This document shows positions 8,923-17,867 of a stretch of 64,000 bases of DNA, one piece after another. Source of the stretch: an uncultured delta proteobacterium (GTDB taxonomy: Bacteria > Myxococcota_A > Polyangia > Polyangiales > Houyiibacteriaceae); NCBI GenBank assembly GCA_963699755.1, contig CAVOVB010000007.1, positions 160,001 to 224,000 on the forward strand, read 5' to 3'. The translations under genes and the position numbers were made by a program. The notes below the pieces were generated by a model that was given only the letters and a program-made list of their open reading frames with translations, searched no databases and was not told the origin of the DNA. Numbering within the stretch: the first letter of the stretch is position 1; every line of letters starts with the position of its first letter.

Positions 8923-9897
8923 ATGACCAACGAAACGAAGACGAATCCTTGGGCGGGTTTTGCGAGGGGTTGGTTCCTGCTGATGTTCTCCGACGAGCTG
9001 GAACCTGGCCAAGTCGTGCCGATGAAGCGCTTCGACCAAGAGTTGGTCTTGTTCCGAACGGAGTCAGGCGAGGCCCGAGTGCTCGACGCGTACTGCCCTC
9101 ACATGGGCGCGCACCTCGGACACGGAGGCAAGGTCGCGGGCGAAGGCATCGTCTGTCCGTTCCATGCCTGGAAGTTCGACGGCACGGGGAAGTGTATCGA
9201 GATCCCCTACGCCAAGCGGATTCCGCCGAAAGCCGGACTGGCTTGCTGGCCAGTCCTCGAGCGCAACGGAATGATCTTCGTTTGGCACGATCGCGAGAAG
9301 AGCCAACCCGATTGGGAGATCCCAGTACTCGAAGAGTGGGACGACGCCGAGTTCCTTCCGTGGCGTTACGCGAAGCTTCAAATCAAGACGCCGCCGCTCG
9401 CCATCGCGGAAAACCTCGCCGACGCTGGTCACTTCATTCCTGTGCACAATACACATCCGGTGCCCGGATCCTTCAGCAACACTTACACCGACCACGTTGG
9501 CCAACAGAAGATCAAGGCGGTCGCCTATCCGGTCCACGGCGGCAAGGACGAATTCGAATCGACGGCGACGTACTACGGCCCGGCCTATCAGGTTACCAAA
9601 ATGCACGGCAAGGGCCTCGGTGTGATCATCAACGCCCATACTCCGATCGACGACGAGAACGTGATGCTGCGGTTTGGTGTTTCCATGAAGGCAACCAAGG
9701 GGATGACCGACGATCTCATCGACCACTTCATCAACAACATGCGCGACGGCTACCTGCAGGATGTGCAGATCTGGGAGAACAAGATCTACCTCGACCGGCC
9801 GATCCTCTGCGACGGGGACGGCCCCATCGGTGAGTTCCGTCGCTGGTACTCGCAGTTCTACACGCCACGCAAGAAGGAAGCCGACGCGGCCGAATAG
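8923..9897 (+). CDS. Rieske oxygenase, KshA (3-ketosteroid 9alpha-hydroxylase)/Neverland-like
   Basis: CPH...CPFH Rieske motif; EN.AD..H....H mononuclear iron motif; C-terminal LCDGDGPIGEFRRWYSQFY; RBS GGAG before ATG8923. Confidence 0.85.
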   Translation: MTNETKTNPWAGFARGWFLLMFSDELEPGQVVPMKRFDQELVLFRTESGEARVLDAYCPHMGAHLGHGGKVAGEGIVCPFHAWKFDGTGKCIEIPYAKRIPPKAGLACWPVLERNGMIFVWHDREKSQPDWEIPVLEEWDDAEFLPWRYAKLQIKTPPLAIAENLADAGHFIPVHNTHPVPGSFSNTYTDHVGQQKIKAVAYPVHGGKDEFESTATYYGPAYQVTKMHGKGLGVIINAHTPIDDENVMLRFGVSMKATKGMTDDLIDHFINNMRDGYLQDVQIWENKIYLDRPILCDGDGPIGEFRRWYSQFYTPRKKEADAAE

Positions 9898-9911
9898 CCG
9901 GGAGCATCCGC

Positions 9912-11093
9912 ATGAGCAACGCAAGCAAGCCTGATTTCGTGAAGCTCGCGCGGGCGGCGAAGCCAATACTACGAGAGCGCAATGCCGAGGCGGACGCCAA
10001 TCGCGTCATCCCGGACAAAACGATCCGGGAGCTCAAGGACTCAGGTTTCTTTCGAATGATGCAGCCGAAACGATGGGGTGGTTTCGAGCGCCACCCCATC
10101 GAGTTCTTTGATGTCGCGATCGAGGTTGCCTCAGCCTGTCCGTCGACAGCCTGGGTGCTTGGAGTCGTGGCAGTACACAACTGGCAGCTGGCGCTTTTCC
10201 CGGAGCAGGCGCAGAAAGACGTCTGGGAGGGCGAGAACGGGTTCGATACGCTCATTGCATCGTCATACATGCCCGTCGGCAAAGTGACCGGCGCCGGCGG
10301 CGGGTATCGACTGAGCGGCAAGTGGGGTTTTTCGAGCGGCTCCGATCATTGCCAGTGGTGCTTCCTGGGTGCCTATGCGCCGAAGGAACATCGCAAGCCG
10401 CCCGACATGCTCACTCTGCTCGTCCCCCGCTCCGACTATCAGCTCGTCGATGATTGGTTCGTCTCGGGGCTCAAGGGCACGGGCAGCAAGTCCGTCGTCG
10501 TCGAGGATGTGTTCGTTCCGGAACATCGCGTGCATCGGATGTCGGACGCATATCGACTTCAGAATCCGGGCAACGAGCTCAACACGAGCGCTCTCTATAG
10601 GGTTCCGTTTGGACAGCTCTTCACGCGAACGGTGGCAACGCCAGCGATTGGCATGCTTCAAGGCGCGCTCGAAGCCTATGTGAATCTCAACAAGAACCGC
10701 AGCGGCCGCGCCGACGGGAAGAAGGCCTCCGACGATCCGTTCAATCTCGAAACCTGTGCGCGTGCGACGCTCGCGATCCGTGAGGTTCGGGCGCTTCTTC
10801 GAAATGACTGGAACGAGATGATGGCGAAGGCGGAAGCCGGAGAACGCATCGAGATCGAGGAGCGCGTCGCGTACCGAGCAAACGCAGGCGCAGCGACTGA
10901 TCGGATGGTCAAGGCACTAGACGATCTGTTCATGGCCAGCGGTGGCTCGGCGATTTTCCTCGACCAGGACATCCAACGCTTCTTCCAAGACATCCATGGG
11001 GCACGCGCCCATCACGCAAACAACCCGCTCAAGACGCAACGGAACTACGGCGGCCTGCTGATGGGCGAGCACACGACGGATTTTTTTCTCTGA
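9912..11093 (+). CDS. hsaA: Flavin-dependent monooxygenase (acyl-CoA dehydrogenase fold), HsaA-like
   Basis: SSY.P, W.FSSG.DH, W.VSGLKGTGS and QRFFQDIH...AH.AN motifs; lies between two KshA-like genes. Substrate is inferred. Confidence 0.7.
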   Translation: MSNASKPDFVKLARAAKPILRERNAEADANRVIPDKTIRELKDSGFFRMMQPKRWGGFERHPIEFFDVAIEVASACPSTAWVLGVVAVHNWQLALFPEQAQKDVWEGENGFDTLIASSYMPVGKVTGAGGGYRLSGKWGFSSGSDHCQWCFLGAYAPKEHRKPPDMLTLLVPRSDYQLVDDWFVSGLKGTGSKSVVVEDVFVPEHRVHRMSDAYRLQNPGNELNTSALYRVPFGQLFTRTVATPAIGMLQGALEAYVNLNKNRSGRADGKKASDDPFNLETCARATLAIREVRALLRNDWNEMMAKAEAGERIEIEERVAYRANAGAATDRMVKALDDLFMASGGSAIFLDQDIQRFFQDIHGARAHHANNPLKTQRNYGGLLMGEHTTDFFL

Positions 11094-11195
11094 GGCCATG
11101 ATGGATCGAAGCACGCATAGGCGACTCAGTAGTTGGGGCCATGGATCTCCTCACCGGAGGCCCCCAACGCGACAGACAGAAATGGGAGAGCAGCC

Positions 11196-12239
11196 ATGAG
11201 CAAGAAACCGCGATTTCCGATTCCTCGCTACCCACGGGGCTGGTTCCAAGTGGCATACTCGGATGAGATCCAGCCTGGCGAGGTGAAGCCACTCAAGTAC
11301 TTCGGCGTCGAGCTCGTCATGTTCCGGACCGAAGATGGGGAGGTCTCTGTCCTCGATGCATTCTGCCCGCACATGGGCGCGCACTTGGGCCACGGCGGCA
11401 AAGTGGTCGGCGACGGCATCGTCTGTCCATTCCACGCTTGGAAGTTCAATGGCGAGGGCAAATGCACGGAGGTGCCGTACGCGCAACATCTTCCTCGCAA
11501 GGCCAATATCCAGCCCTGGCCCGTGCACGAGGTCAACGGCCTCATCATGGTCTGGCACGACATCGAAGGGAAGGAACCCGCCTGGGAGATTCCTGAGATT
11601 CCCGAGTGGAACAACGACGAGTGGACACCGTACTGGAAACAGCATTGGAAGCTTCGAACGCACAACCAGGACATGTGCGAGAACGTCGTCGACAAGGCAC
11701 ATTTCCGTTATGTCCACGGAATGAACATCGTTCCGCAACCGCATACGATCGAGCTCGAATACCCTCACATTCACATGGTGACGGACACGGCGATGGAAAC
11801 GCCCCAGGGCGACGTGACGGGCGAGCTCGACGTCGAGGTCCACGGCTTTGGTTTTTCACTGAGCCGGTTCCGCGGCATCGTCGAGACGACGAACATGGCC
11901 TCGGTCACGCCAATCGACGAAGAGTACTGCGACGTGCGCTTCTCCTTCACCGTGAAGAAGATCGGCGGCGCCGACATCACGCGCGGCGTTGGCAAAGCCT
12001 TCACCAAAGAGGTCGCGCGGCAGCTCGAAGAGGATGCCCCTATTTGGGAGCACAAGGCCTTCTTCCACCAGCCGATGCTTTGCGACGGCGATGGCCCGGT
12101 CGCAGAATTCCGCAAGTGGTGCAAGAACTTCTATCCGGCCTGGTACCACAAGCAGGCCCAGGACGAGTATGATGGCGTCAAGGAGTTGAGTAAGCCGCTC
12201 ACGTTGGCTGAGCGCCGTAAACGGCTTGCCGCAGCATAG
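11196..12239 (+). CDS. Second Rieske oxygenase, KshA/Neverland-like
   Basis: CPH...CPFH; ENVVDKAHFRYVH; LCDGDGPVAEFRKW; paralogous to 8923-9897. Confidence 0.85.
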   Translation: MSKKPRFPIPRYPRGWFQVAYSDEIQPGEVKPLKYFGVELVMFRTEDGEVSVLDAFCPHMGAHLGHGGKVVGDGIVCPFHAWKFNGEGKCTEVPYAQHLPRKANIQPWPVHEVNGLIMVWHDIEGKEPAWEIPEIPEWNNDEWTPYWKQHWKLRTHNQDMCENVVDKAHFRYVHGMNIVPQPHTIELEYPHIHMVTDTAMETPQGDVTGELDVEVHGFGFSLSRFRGIVETTNMASVTPIDEEYCDVRFSFTVKKIGGADITRGVGKAFTKEVARQLEEDAPIWEHKAFFHQPMLCDGDGPVAEFRKWCKNFYPAWYHKQAQDEYDGVKELSKPLTLAERRKRLAAA

Positions 12240-12671
12240 ATGGCCAGCAGTTCCGATAGGCGAGCCCTGGAAACACCAGATGAGATCAGAGCGCGCATCA
12301 GAAGTGAGCACGCTCATATCTCTGCACAGCTTGCACGCGTCGAAGCGTTGAGCGATCGCATCGCTGACGGCGACGCGAAGTCGGTCATTGCGCTGCGCGA
12401 CGAGCTCCAGGCACTCGGGGCGGTGCTGCTCGAGCATCTACACTACGAGGAGTACGAACTGCCATCGCTGGCCGACGGCGAGCAAGCGGCCCGGGTCGCC
12501 GAAGACATGCGGCGCGAGCACCAGTCCCAACGCGAGCTTTTCGGCCGTATCATTCGCGATCTCGACGAAACGGCCGTCGGCTCGAAACTGCTGGTTGGCG
12601 TACGCGAGCTCGCGCGCGCTATCCGCGACGACATGGAGTACGAAGAGCGAGAGCTCTTGAGTGCGCCCTGA
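12240..12671 (+). CDS. Hemerythrin (HHE) domain protein
   Basis: EH...HLHYEE...EH...DMEYEE helical pattern. Confidence 0.7.
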   Translation: MASSSDRRALETPDEIRARIRSEHAHISAQLARVEALSDRIADGDAKSVIALRDELQALGAVLLEHLHYEEYELPSLADGEQAARVAEDMRREHQSQRELFGRIIRDLDETAVGSKLLVGVRELARAIRDDMEYEERELLSAP

Positions 12672-12686
12672 GGTGGGAGCAGAGCA

Positions 12687-12881
12687 ATGAGGATCATGTA
12701 CAACCCGTCGACTTGCAATCACTATGGCGTCTGCGTCGAAGAGTCGCCTCAGGTCTTTTCATTCGCCGAGGACGGAAGCCTGATGATTCAGACCTACGAC
12801 GTACCGCCCGACCTCGAAGACAGGGTCCGGGATGCCTGCATGATGTGCCCAACCCAGTCGATTCAGATCGAAGAAGAGTAG
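12687..12881 (+). CDS. Single-cluster ferredoxin, probably [3Fe-4S] (CxxYxxC...CP)
   Basis: 64 aa acidic protein; CNHYGVC and CPTQSI. Confidence 0.85.
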   Translation: MRIMYNPSTCNHYGVCVEESPQVFSFAEDGSLMIQTYDVPPDLEDRVRDACMMCPTQSIQIEEE

Positions 12882-12964
12882 GCGTTCGCATCGTGGCCGC
12901 GGGGTCCGAATGAAGGGTCCACGAATCGCTCGTGCAGCGCAGGAGTCGTCGTCGGGATCGAGCC

Positions 12965-14494
12965 TTAGATCCGCGTCAGGAGCTTCGTGGTCAACATACG
13001 TGATGACGCGATGATCGGGGTCATGGTGTGACTCGAAGCGCTGGTTGGGAAACCAGAGGAGTCGAACACGTAGACGTCGCGGGTGCCGTAGACCTGTCCG
13101 TTCAAATCGGCGCCGCCGTCGCGTGCTGTAGCGGCAAATCGTACGCTGCCTTGCTGATGCGCGCTGATCATCGGCGCGGTTGCTGGAGCGAAAGTCAACT
13201 GTCGAGCCTGCTGGGCCTCACGGGCCGAGCGGATCAGGAGTGGAGGCGCTGTCGGCACCAGCACCTCTCGCGCGCCGGCTTCCAGGTAGACCTTGGCAGC
13301 CGTTTCGACGGCGCGACGAAGCCGTGCCCGATGATCGTCTCGCTGCTCGTAGCGAATCGTCAACCTCCCGTCGCGTGCAACTTCCACCTGGCCGGAAGGC
13401 GCATCAGGCGCCAGGAGAAGAGAAGGCGCCATGTGGTCGTACTGGGCCATGCCCTTCATCCCAGGGGAACCCGAAAACGGCAAGAGGCTCGATACGATAC
13501 CAGGTGTACCCATGATGCCTTCGATCCGAAAGCCCCAAAGCCCGAACTCGCTATTGTCGTCCTCCTCGAACTCGGTGACGGCGTACGATTGAGGAATGCC
13601 GTCGAACGCCGCAATCCTTTCATCGAAAATTCCGATGATGGGCAGCTGAGGTTGCAGTGTGAGGTTCTGCCCGACCTGCGAATTGCCGATGCCTGAACGC
13701 AGCAACAATTGCGCCGACGCGATCGCGTTAGCGGCGACGACGACGATCTTGGCTCGGACCGTCAGCTCGTGCTGCTCGTGATAGCCGTCCGCGTCGAGCG
13801 TGCGCACCTCGATCTCTTTGAGCTCCTGGCCGGCTTTGCGGATCTTCACTGCTCGAGCCCGCGTGAAGATGCGGGCGCCCGCCTCGAGCGACTTCGGGAT
13901 CGCGACCATGCGTGGATTTCGCTTGGCGTGAATTGGGCAGCCGATGAGACAGGTGCCGAGTCCCCGACAGCCCACGCGGTTGTGCAGCATGACCTCGCCT
14001 CGTAGCCCGAGCGCTTCGGCTCCTTGTCGAAGTTTGTTGTTGGCGAGGTTGACCAGGCTCTCCGGGATTCGGCTGGCGGAGAGATCGCGAAGCGCGTCCT
14101 CCGTGAAGGGCTTGAATCGCTCGGGCGCGAAGTCTTCGAGCCCATACTTGCCCGCCCAATGCCGAAGCACGCCCTCGGGAATGGGTACGACGTCGCAGGT
14201 GTTGACTACCCCGCCCCCACCGAGCACTCTGCCCTGCAAGACGCTCACCGAAAGATCGTGAGAGGCTCGCCCTCCCCGATCCATGTAGAGCTGATCGTAC
14301 ATCCGGCGGTCGCGTTGGGTTCGCTCGGGGCCCACGAGATCGCGACCCTCTTCGAGAACCACGACGTCCCGCCCCGCCTCGGCCAGCAGCCGCGCCGCCG
14401 TCGCCCCGCCCGAGCCAGAGCCTATCACGCAGATCTCCGCGGTGATCGCTTTGGGTGCAGCCTCTCTCGACAGATCGATGATCGCGCCGCTCAT
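12965..14494 (-). CDS. GMC family oxidoreductase with Cys-rich Fe-S motif
   Basis: IGSGSGG FAD motif; GRVLGGGGVVN; CRGLGTCLIGCP; SAHQQG; ATGA overlap with the upstream gene. Confidence 0.85.
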   Translation of the reverse strand: MSGAIIDLSREAAPKAITAEICVIGSGSGGATAARLLAEAGRDVVVLEEGRDLVGPERTQRDRRMYDQLYMDRGGRASHDLSVSVLQGRVLGGGGVVNTCDVVPIPEGVLRHWAGKYGLEDFAPERFKPFTEDALRDLSASRIPESLVNLANNKLRQGAEALGLRGEVMLHNRVGCRGLGTCLIGCPIHAKRNPRMVAIPKSLEAGARIFTRARAVKIRKAGQELKEIEVRTLDADGYHEQHELTVRAKIVVVAANAIASAQLLLRSGIGNSQVGQNLTLQPQLPIIGIFDERIAAFDGIPQSYAVTEFEEDDNSEFGLWGFRIEGIMGTPGIVSSLLPFSGSPGMKGMAQYDHMAPSLLLAPDAPSGQVEVARDGRLTIRYEQRDDHRARLRRAVETAAKVYLEAGAREVLVPTAPPLLIRSAREAQQARQLTFAPATAPMISAHQQGSVRFAATARDGGADLNGQVYGTRDVYVFDSSGFPTSASSHTMTPIIASSRMLTTKLLTRI

Positions 14495-15069
14495 GGTTTC
14501 GACCACCCCTGGCGCTTCATCGAGGGCCCCGGGTAGCCGATGTGCGGCCAGACCTGCTCGTGGTCGAAGTAGACCAGGTTGAAGAACTTCCGCATCGCAA
14601 TGCTCACCTGGCGTCGCAGCAAGCTTTCGCTTACCGCCCAGGCGTTCCAATGCTCAGTCCGCTCTGCAGCATTCAGTCGCGAAAACGTCGTGAGCTTCTT
14701 GTCGAACACCAAGGGCCCAAATTCGATCAGCACGATCGCCTTCTGTAGATCGGCCACGTCGTGCTCGGGCTGATCCGCAAGAAAGGTGTCGAACGCGCGG
14801 GGAAGATCCATCGAACCTGCGTCGATCGGAATCGCGTTGGTCCTCGGCAGCATGACCTCGACGAGGCTTTGGAGTGTGCGGTATTCGTGCGGATCGAGGA
14901 CGCGTAGACCTTCGACCTTTGGCGCGCCCCCGCGCAGAGCGAGAAGCCCGCCGCCACCGACGCCCAGGATCGCACCGCTGGCAACCAGGCTCACCTTCAG
15001 GAACCGTCGCCTCGAAAGGAAGCTGAAGAGCCCGTCTCGCTTCGCCGATCCGTTCACAGTATCCGCCAC
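14491..15069 (-). CDS. Gluconate 2-dehydrogenase subunit 3-like Tat-signal protein (GMC partner)
   Basis: SRRRFLK twin-arginine motif; F.RL...ER; W..IGYPGP C-terminus. GTG15069 start inferred. Confidence 0.7.
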   Translation of the reverse strand: MADTVNGSAKRDGLFSFLSRRRFLKVSLVASGAILGVGGGGLLALRGGAPKVEGLRVLDPHEYRTLQSLVEVMLPRTNAIPIDAGSMDLPRAFDTFLADQPEHDVADLQKAIVLIEFGPLVFDKKLTTFSRLNAAERTEHWNAWAVSESLLRRQVSIAMRKFFNLVYFDHEQVWPHIGYPGPSMKRQGWSKP

Positions 15070-15071
15070 GT

Positions 15072-15341
15072 TCAGCCTCTGCGCTTGCGTGCCTCGTCGT
15101 CGTCCTCGGGTGCATCCTTGTAGTCGACCCGGATGCGACCCTCCCCGAGGGTGGCAATCGTTTCGAGCGCCTGCAGGCGGGCTTCGGTGTCCCGCTTGTA
15201 GGCGCGGAGCTCGGTCAACTCCTCTTGCATGCGTTCGGTTTCCTCCGCGCGCGCCAGCCGAAGCTTGTACCAGAGCCACAAACCCCAGCCGATCAGACCG
15301 AGGACCGCCAGCGGGATGAGCAATTCGATGACGACGGCCAC
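15072..15341 (-). CDS. Small single-TM coiled-coil protein (PspB-like architecture)
   Basis: TM helix followed by a coiled coil ending RLQALETI; start uncertain (15341 or 15389). Confidence 0.55.
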   Translation of the reverse strand: MAVVIELLIPLAVLGLIGWGLWLWYKLRLARAEETERMQEELTELRAYKRDTEARLQALETIATLGEGRIRVDYKDAPEDDDEARKRRG

Positions 15342-15408
15342 CTGGTTCTTGTGCCCTTCCCGCGCCCGGGCTGCAAGTAAATCCCGCATCCCGTGCTATA
15401 GAGCGGCA

Positions 15409-16932
15409 ATGAGTGGCGACCGCGACGAAATGAGGGCATTTCGCGAGTTGCAGGCTCATCTGGCGCCTCGCTGGGCGCTGGCTGATGGCGACGGCCCCGA
15501 GGCGAGGGATATCGTGGTGGTACCCTCCCTCTCGTTCGACGGCATCGACACGGTCTCGATCGACGGCGTAATTCACTACGAAGAACGTATGCTCTTCACG
15601 CTGAACCTGCTGCGCCATCCGCGGGCGCATCTCGTTTACATCAGCTCGGCGCCGATTCATCCGGTGGCCGTCGACTATATGCTCTCGTTGATCAGTGGCA
15701 TCCCGAACGAGCACATGCGACGGCGACTGACCGTGTTGTCGCTCTATGACAGCTCGCTCGTTCCGCTTTCCAAAAAAATTCTGCAGCGACCCAGGGTCAT
15801 CGAACGCATCCGAAATCTCATTCGTCCCGACTGCGGCCTGATGACCTGCTTCACCGTTTCCGAGCTGGAGCGGAGCCTGGCGGTCGCGCTCGGCATTCCG
15901 CTCTATGGGGTCGATCCCGACTTGGCCTGGCTCGGCACCAAGAGTGGATCGCGTTGGGCGTTTCGAGAGGCTGGTGTGCCCTGCTTACCAGGCTCCGAAG
16001 ATCTGAGAAGCGAAGCAGATCTGGTCGAAGCCATCGACGCCCTCTGGTCTGATGATAGCAGCCTCGAGCGGGTGGTGGTGAAACAGAACTCCGGCTTCAG
16101 CGGCCAGGGGAACGCGATCCTCGACCTAGGCGCTCTGGAGGCGGTGTCCCCAGCGACCGGCGCAAGTCCTGAAACCCGCAAGCAAACCCTCGTCGCGGCA
16201 CTTGCAGAGATGCGCTTCGTCGATCCCCGGCTGACCTGGGACCTCTTCAAGGAGAAGCTCGAACGAGAGGGCGGAATTGTCGAGACCTTCGTAGAAGACA
16301 GTGCCAAACGTGCGCCGAGCTGTCAGCTTCGGATTTCGCCCGAAGGCAGCCTGGACATGATTTCGACGCACGATCAGCTGGTCGAGGGCATCGACGGACA
16401 GGTCTATGCGGGTTGTCGATTCCCCGCCGACGAGGCGTATCGAATGGACATCCAGCGCGACGCGCTCCGCGTGGCCGAAGTCCTTCAAAAGAAGGGCGCG
16501 GTCGGCCGGCTTGCGATCGACTTCATCTGTGTGCGCGGCGACAGTGGGAAGTGGAATCACTATGCGATCGAAACCAACTTGCGCTTGGGCGGGACGACCC
16601 ATCCCATGATGATGCTACGCATGCTGACCGATGGACGGTACGACGCGGAAGCGGGTCTCTACTTCACACCTCGGGGAGAGCCGCAGTTCTACGTCGCGAC
16701 GGACTCGATGCGTTCGGATCGTTACCGTGGCCTACTCGTCGAAGACCTGCTGGACATTGCAGCGGTGAATGGTTTGCACTATCAAGCTTGGTCCGAATCG
16801 GGTGTGCTTTTTCACTTCAGCGGTGCGCTGAGCGAGTTCGGGAAGCTCGGCATCACTGCTGTCGGCAAGAGCCCTGCCGAGGCGGACCATTGGTTCGAAA
16901 AGACACGTCAGGTATTGGACCGAGAATCATAG
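15409..16932 (+). CDS. PGM1 (pheganomycin ligase)-related ATP-grasp peptide ligase
   Basis: VVVPSLS, HYEERML, GTKSGSR, K..SGFSG.GN, STHDQ, (I)E.NLR.GGTTHP motifs. Confidence 0.8.
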   Translation: MSGDRDEMRAFRELQAHLAPRWALADGDGPEARDIVVVPSLSFDGIDTVSIDGVIHYEERMLFTLNLLRHPRAHLVYISSAPIHPVAVDYMLSLISGIPNEHMRRRLTVLSLYDSSLVPLSKKILQRPRVIERIRNLIRPDCGLMTCFTVSELERSLAVALGIPLYGVDPDLAWLGTKSGSRWAFREAGVPCLPGSEDLRSEADLVEAIDALWSDDSSLERVVVKQNSGFSGQGNAILDLGALEAVSPATGASPETRKQTLVAALAEMRFVDPRLTWDLFKEKLEREGGIVETFVEDSAKRAPSCQLRISPEGSLDMISTHDQLVEGIDGQVYAGCRFPADEAYRMDIQRDALRVAEVLQKKGAVGRLAIDFICVRGDSGKWNHYAIETNLRLGGTTHPMMMLRMLTDGRYDAEAGLYFTPRGEPQFYVATDSMRSDRYRGLLVEDLLDIAAVNGLHYQAWSESGVLFHFSGALSEFGKLGITAVGKSPAEADHWFEKTRQVLDRES

Positions 16933-16940
16933 AGTCGGCG

Positions 16941-17810
16941 TTGTACATCGAAGAGTTGAAACGAGGTGTGCTGCGAGTATCCGCATCGGCAGATTGGCCG
17001 AGGCCCCATGTCGGCGTCGGCGGATCGATGCACGGGAACGAGCCTTGCGGCGCCGATGCGATTCGCCGAATTGCAAGCGCGTTCGAGCACGGGACGCTCG
17101 AACCGGCAAAGGGCACCATCTTCCTGATTCACGCGAACCCCGAAGCGACCGTGATAGGGCGGCGCCACACGCCGCAGGGTGAGGACCTCAACCGCCTCTG
17201 GGACTTCGACTTCACCGACACCCTTCGCCCCGAAGTCTGGGGGTATGAGCACCATCGGGCGCTGGAGCTCAAGAAAGTGCTCGGCGAGCTGGACATCTTC
17301 GTGGACCTTCACTCAGCGGGGACGGCGACCCCAGCGTTTGGCGTCAGCAATGGAGAGGATTCTATCGACGACATCGCAAAACAGGTCGGCATCTCGTACC
17401 TGGTGCAGTCCTGGTACGGCCTCGCTGACAAGGTGATCATCGGCTTCCTCAAGCTTGCAGGAGTGCCGGCCTTGTCGGTCGAATGCGGCGCGCACGACGA
17501 TCCCGACGTTTCGGAGACCGCGCACCAGATCGCCATGAACTTTCTCAGGGCGACCGGTGCGATCGACGACGGGAACCGCACCAACGGGCGGGAAGTACGC
17601 ACTGTCCGCGTCGTGGAAACGATCACCAAGCCCAGCGAGGAGTTCGACTTCGGCTCCCCTTGGACTGGGTTTCAGGAGCTCGAAGCAGGAACGCTCGTCG
17701 GCCGCGACCGCGTCACCGAAATTCGCGTGACTCGACGTTGCTATGCCGTGTTGCCAAACCTGAATGTCGATGTCGGAGAGGACGCCATCTACCTGGCGGT
17801 CGATACCTAG
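16941..17810 (+). CDS. Succinylglutamate desuccinylase/aspartoacylase family (M14 zinc hydrolase)
   Basis: HGNE, ANP, DLNR, DLHS and VECG motifs; TTG start inferred. Confidence 0.8.
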   Translation: MYIEELKRGVLRVSASADWPRPHVGVGGSMHGNEPCGADAIRRIASAFEHGTLEPAKGTIFLIHANPEATVIGRRHTPQGEDLNRLWDFDFTDTLRPEVWGYEHHRALELKKVLGELDIFVDLHSAGTATPAFGVSNGEDSIDDIAKQVGISYLVQSWYGLADKVIIGFLKLAGVPALSVECGAHDDPDVSETAHQIAMNFLRATGAIDDGNRTNGREVRTVRVVETITKPSEEFDFGSPWTGFQELEAGTLVGRDRVTEIRVTRRCYAVLPNLNVDVGEDAIYLAVDT

Positions 17811-17867
17811 TGGTGCATGGCTGGGGCGCAGCGCGGGACAAACCAACGTCTGGATGCGTCCGGGGTC

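Noticed and set aside
12965..14494. Calling the GMC enzyme cholesterol oxidase
   Set aside because: Supported only by proximity; the Fe-S motif and small-subunit partner point to a different GMC subgroup.
14491..15714. Extended ORF-track starts (15714, 14650, 15229, 16413, 2103, 24877, 31446, 33236, 36808, 37845, 46682)
   Set aside because: The extensions overlap neighbouring real genes; downstream starts fit RBS, ATGA/GTGA coupling or signal peptides better. I saw no evidence for fusion or frameshift.
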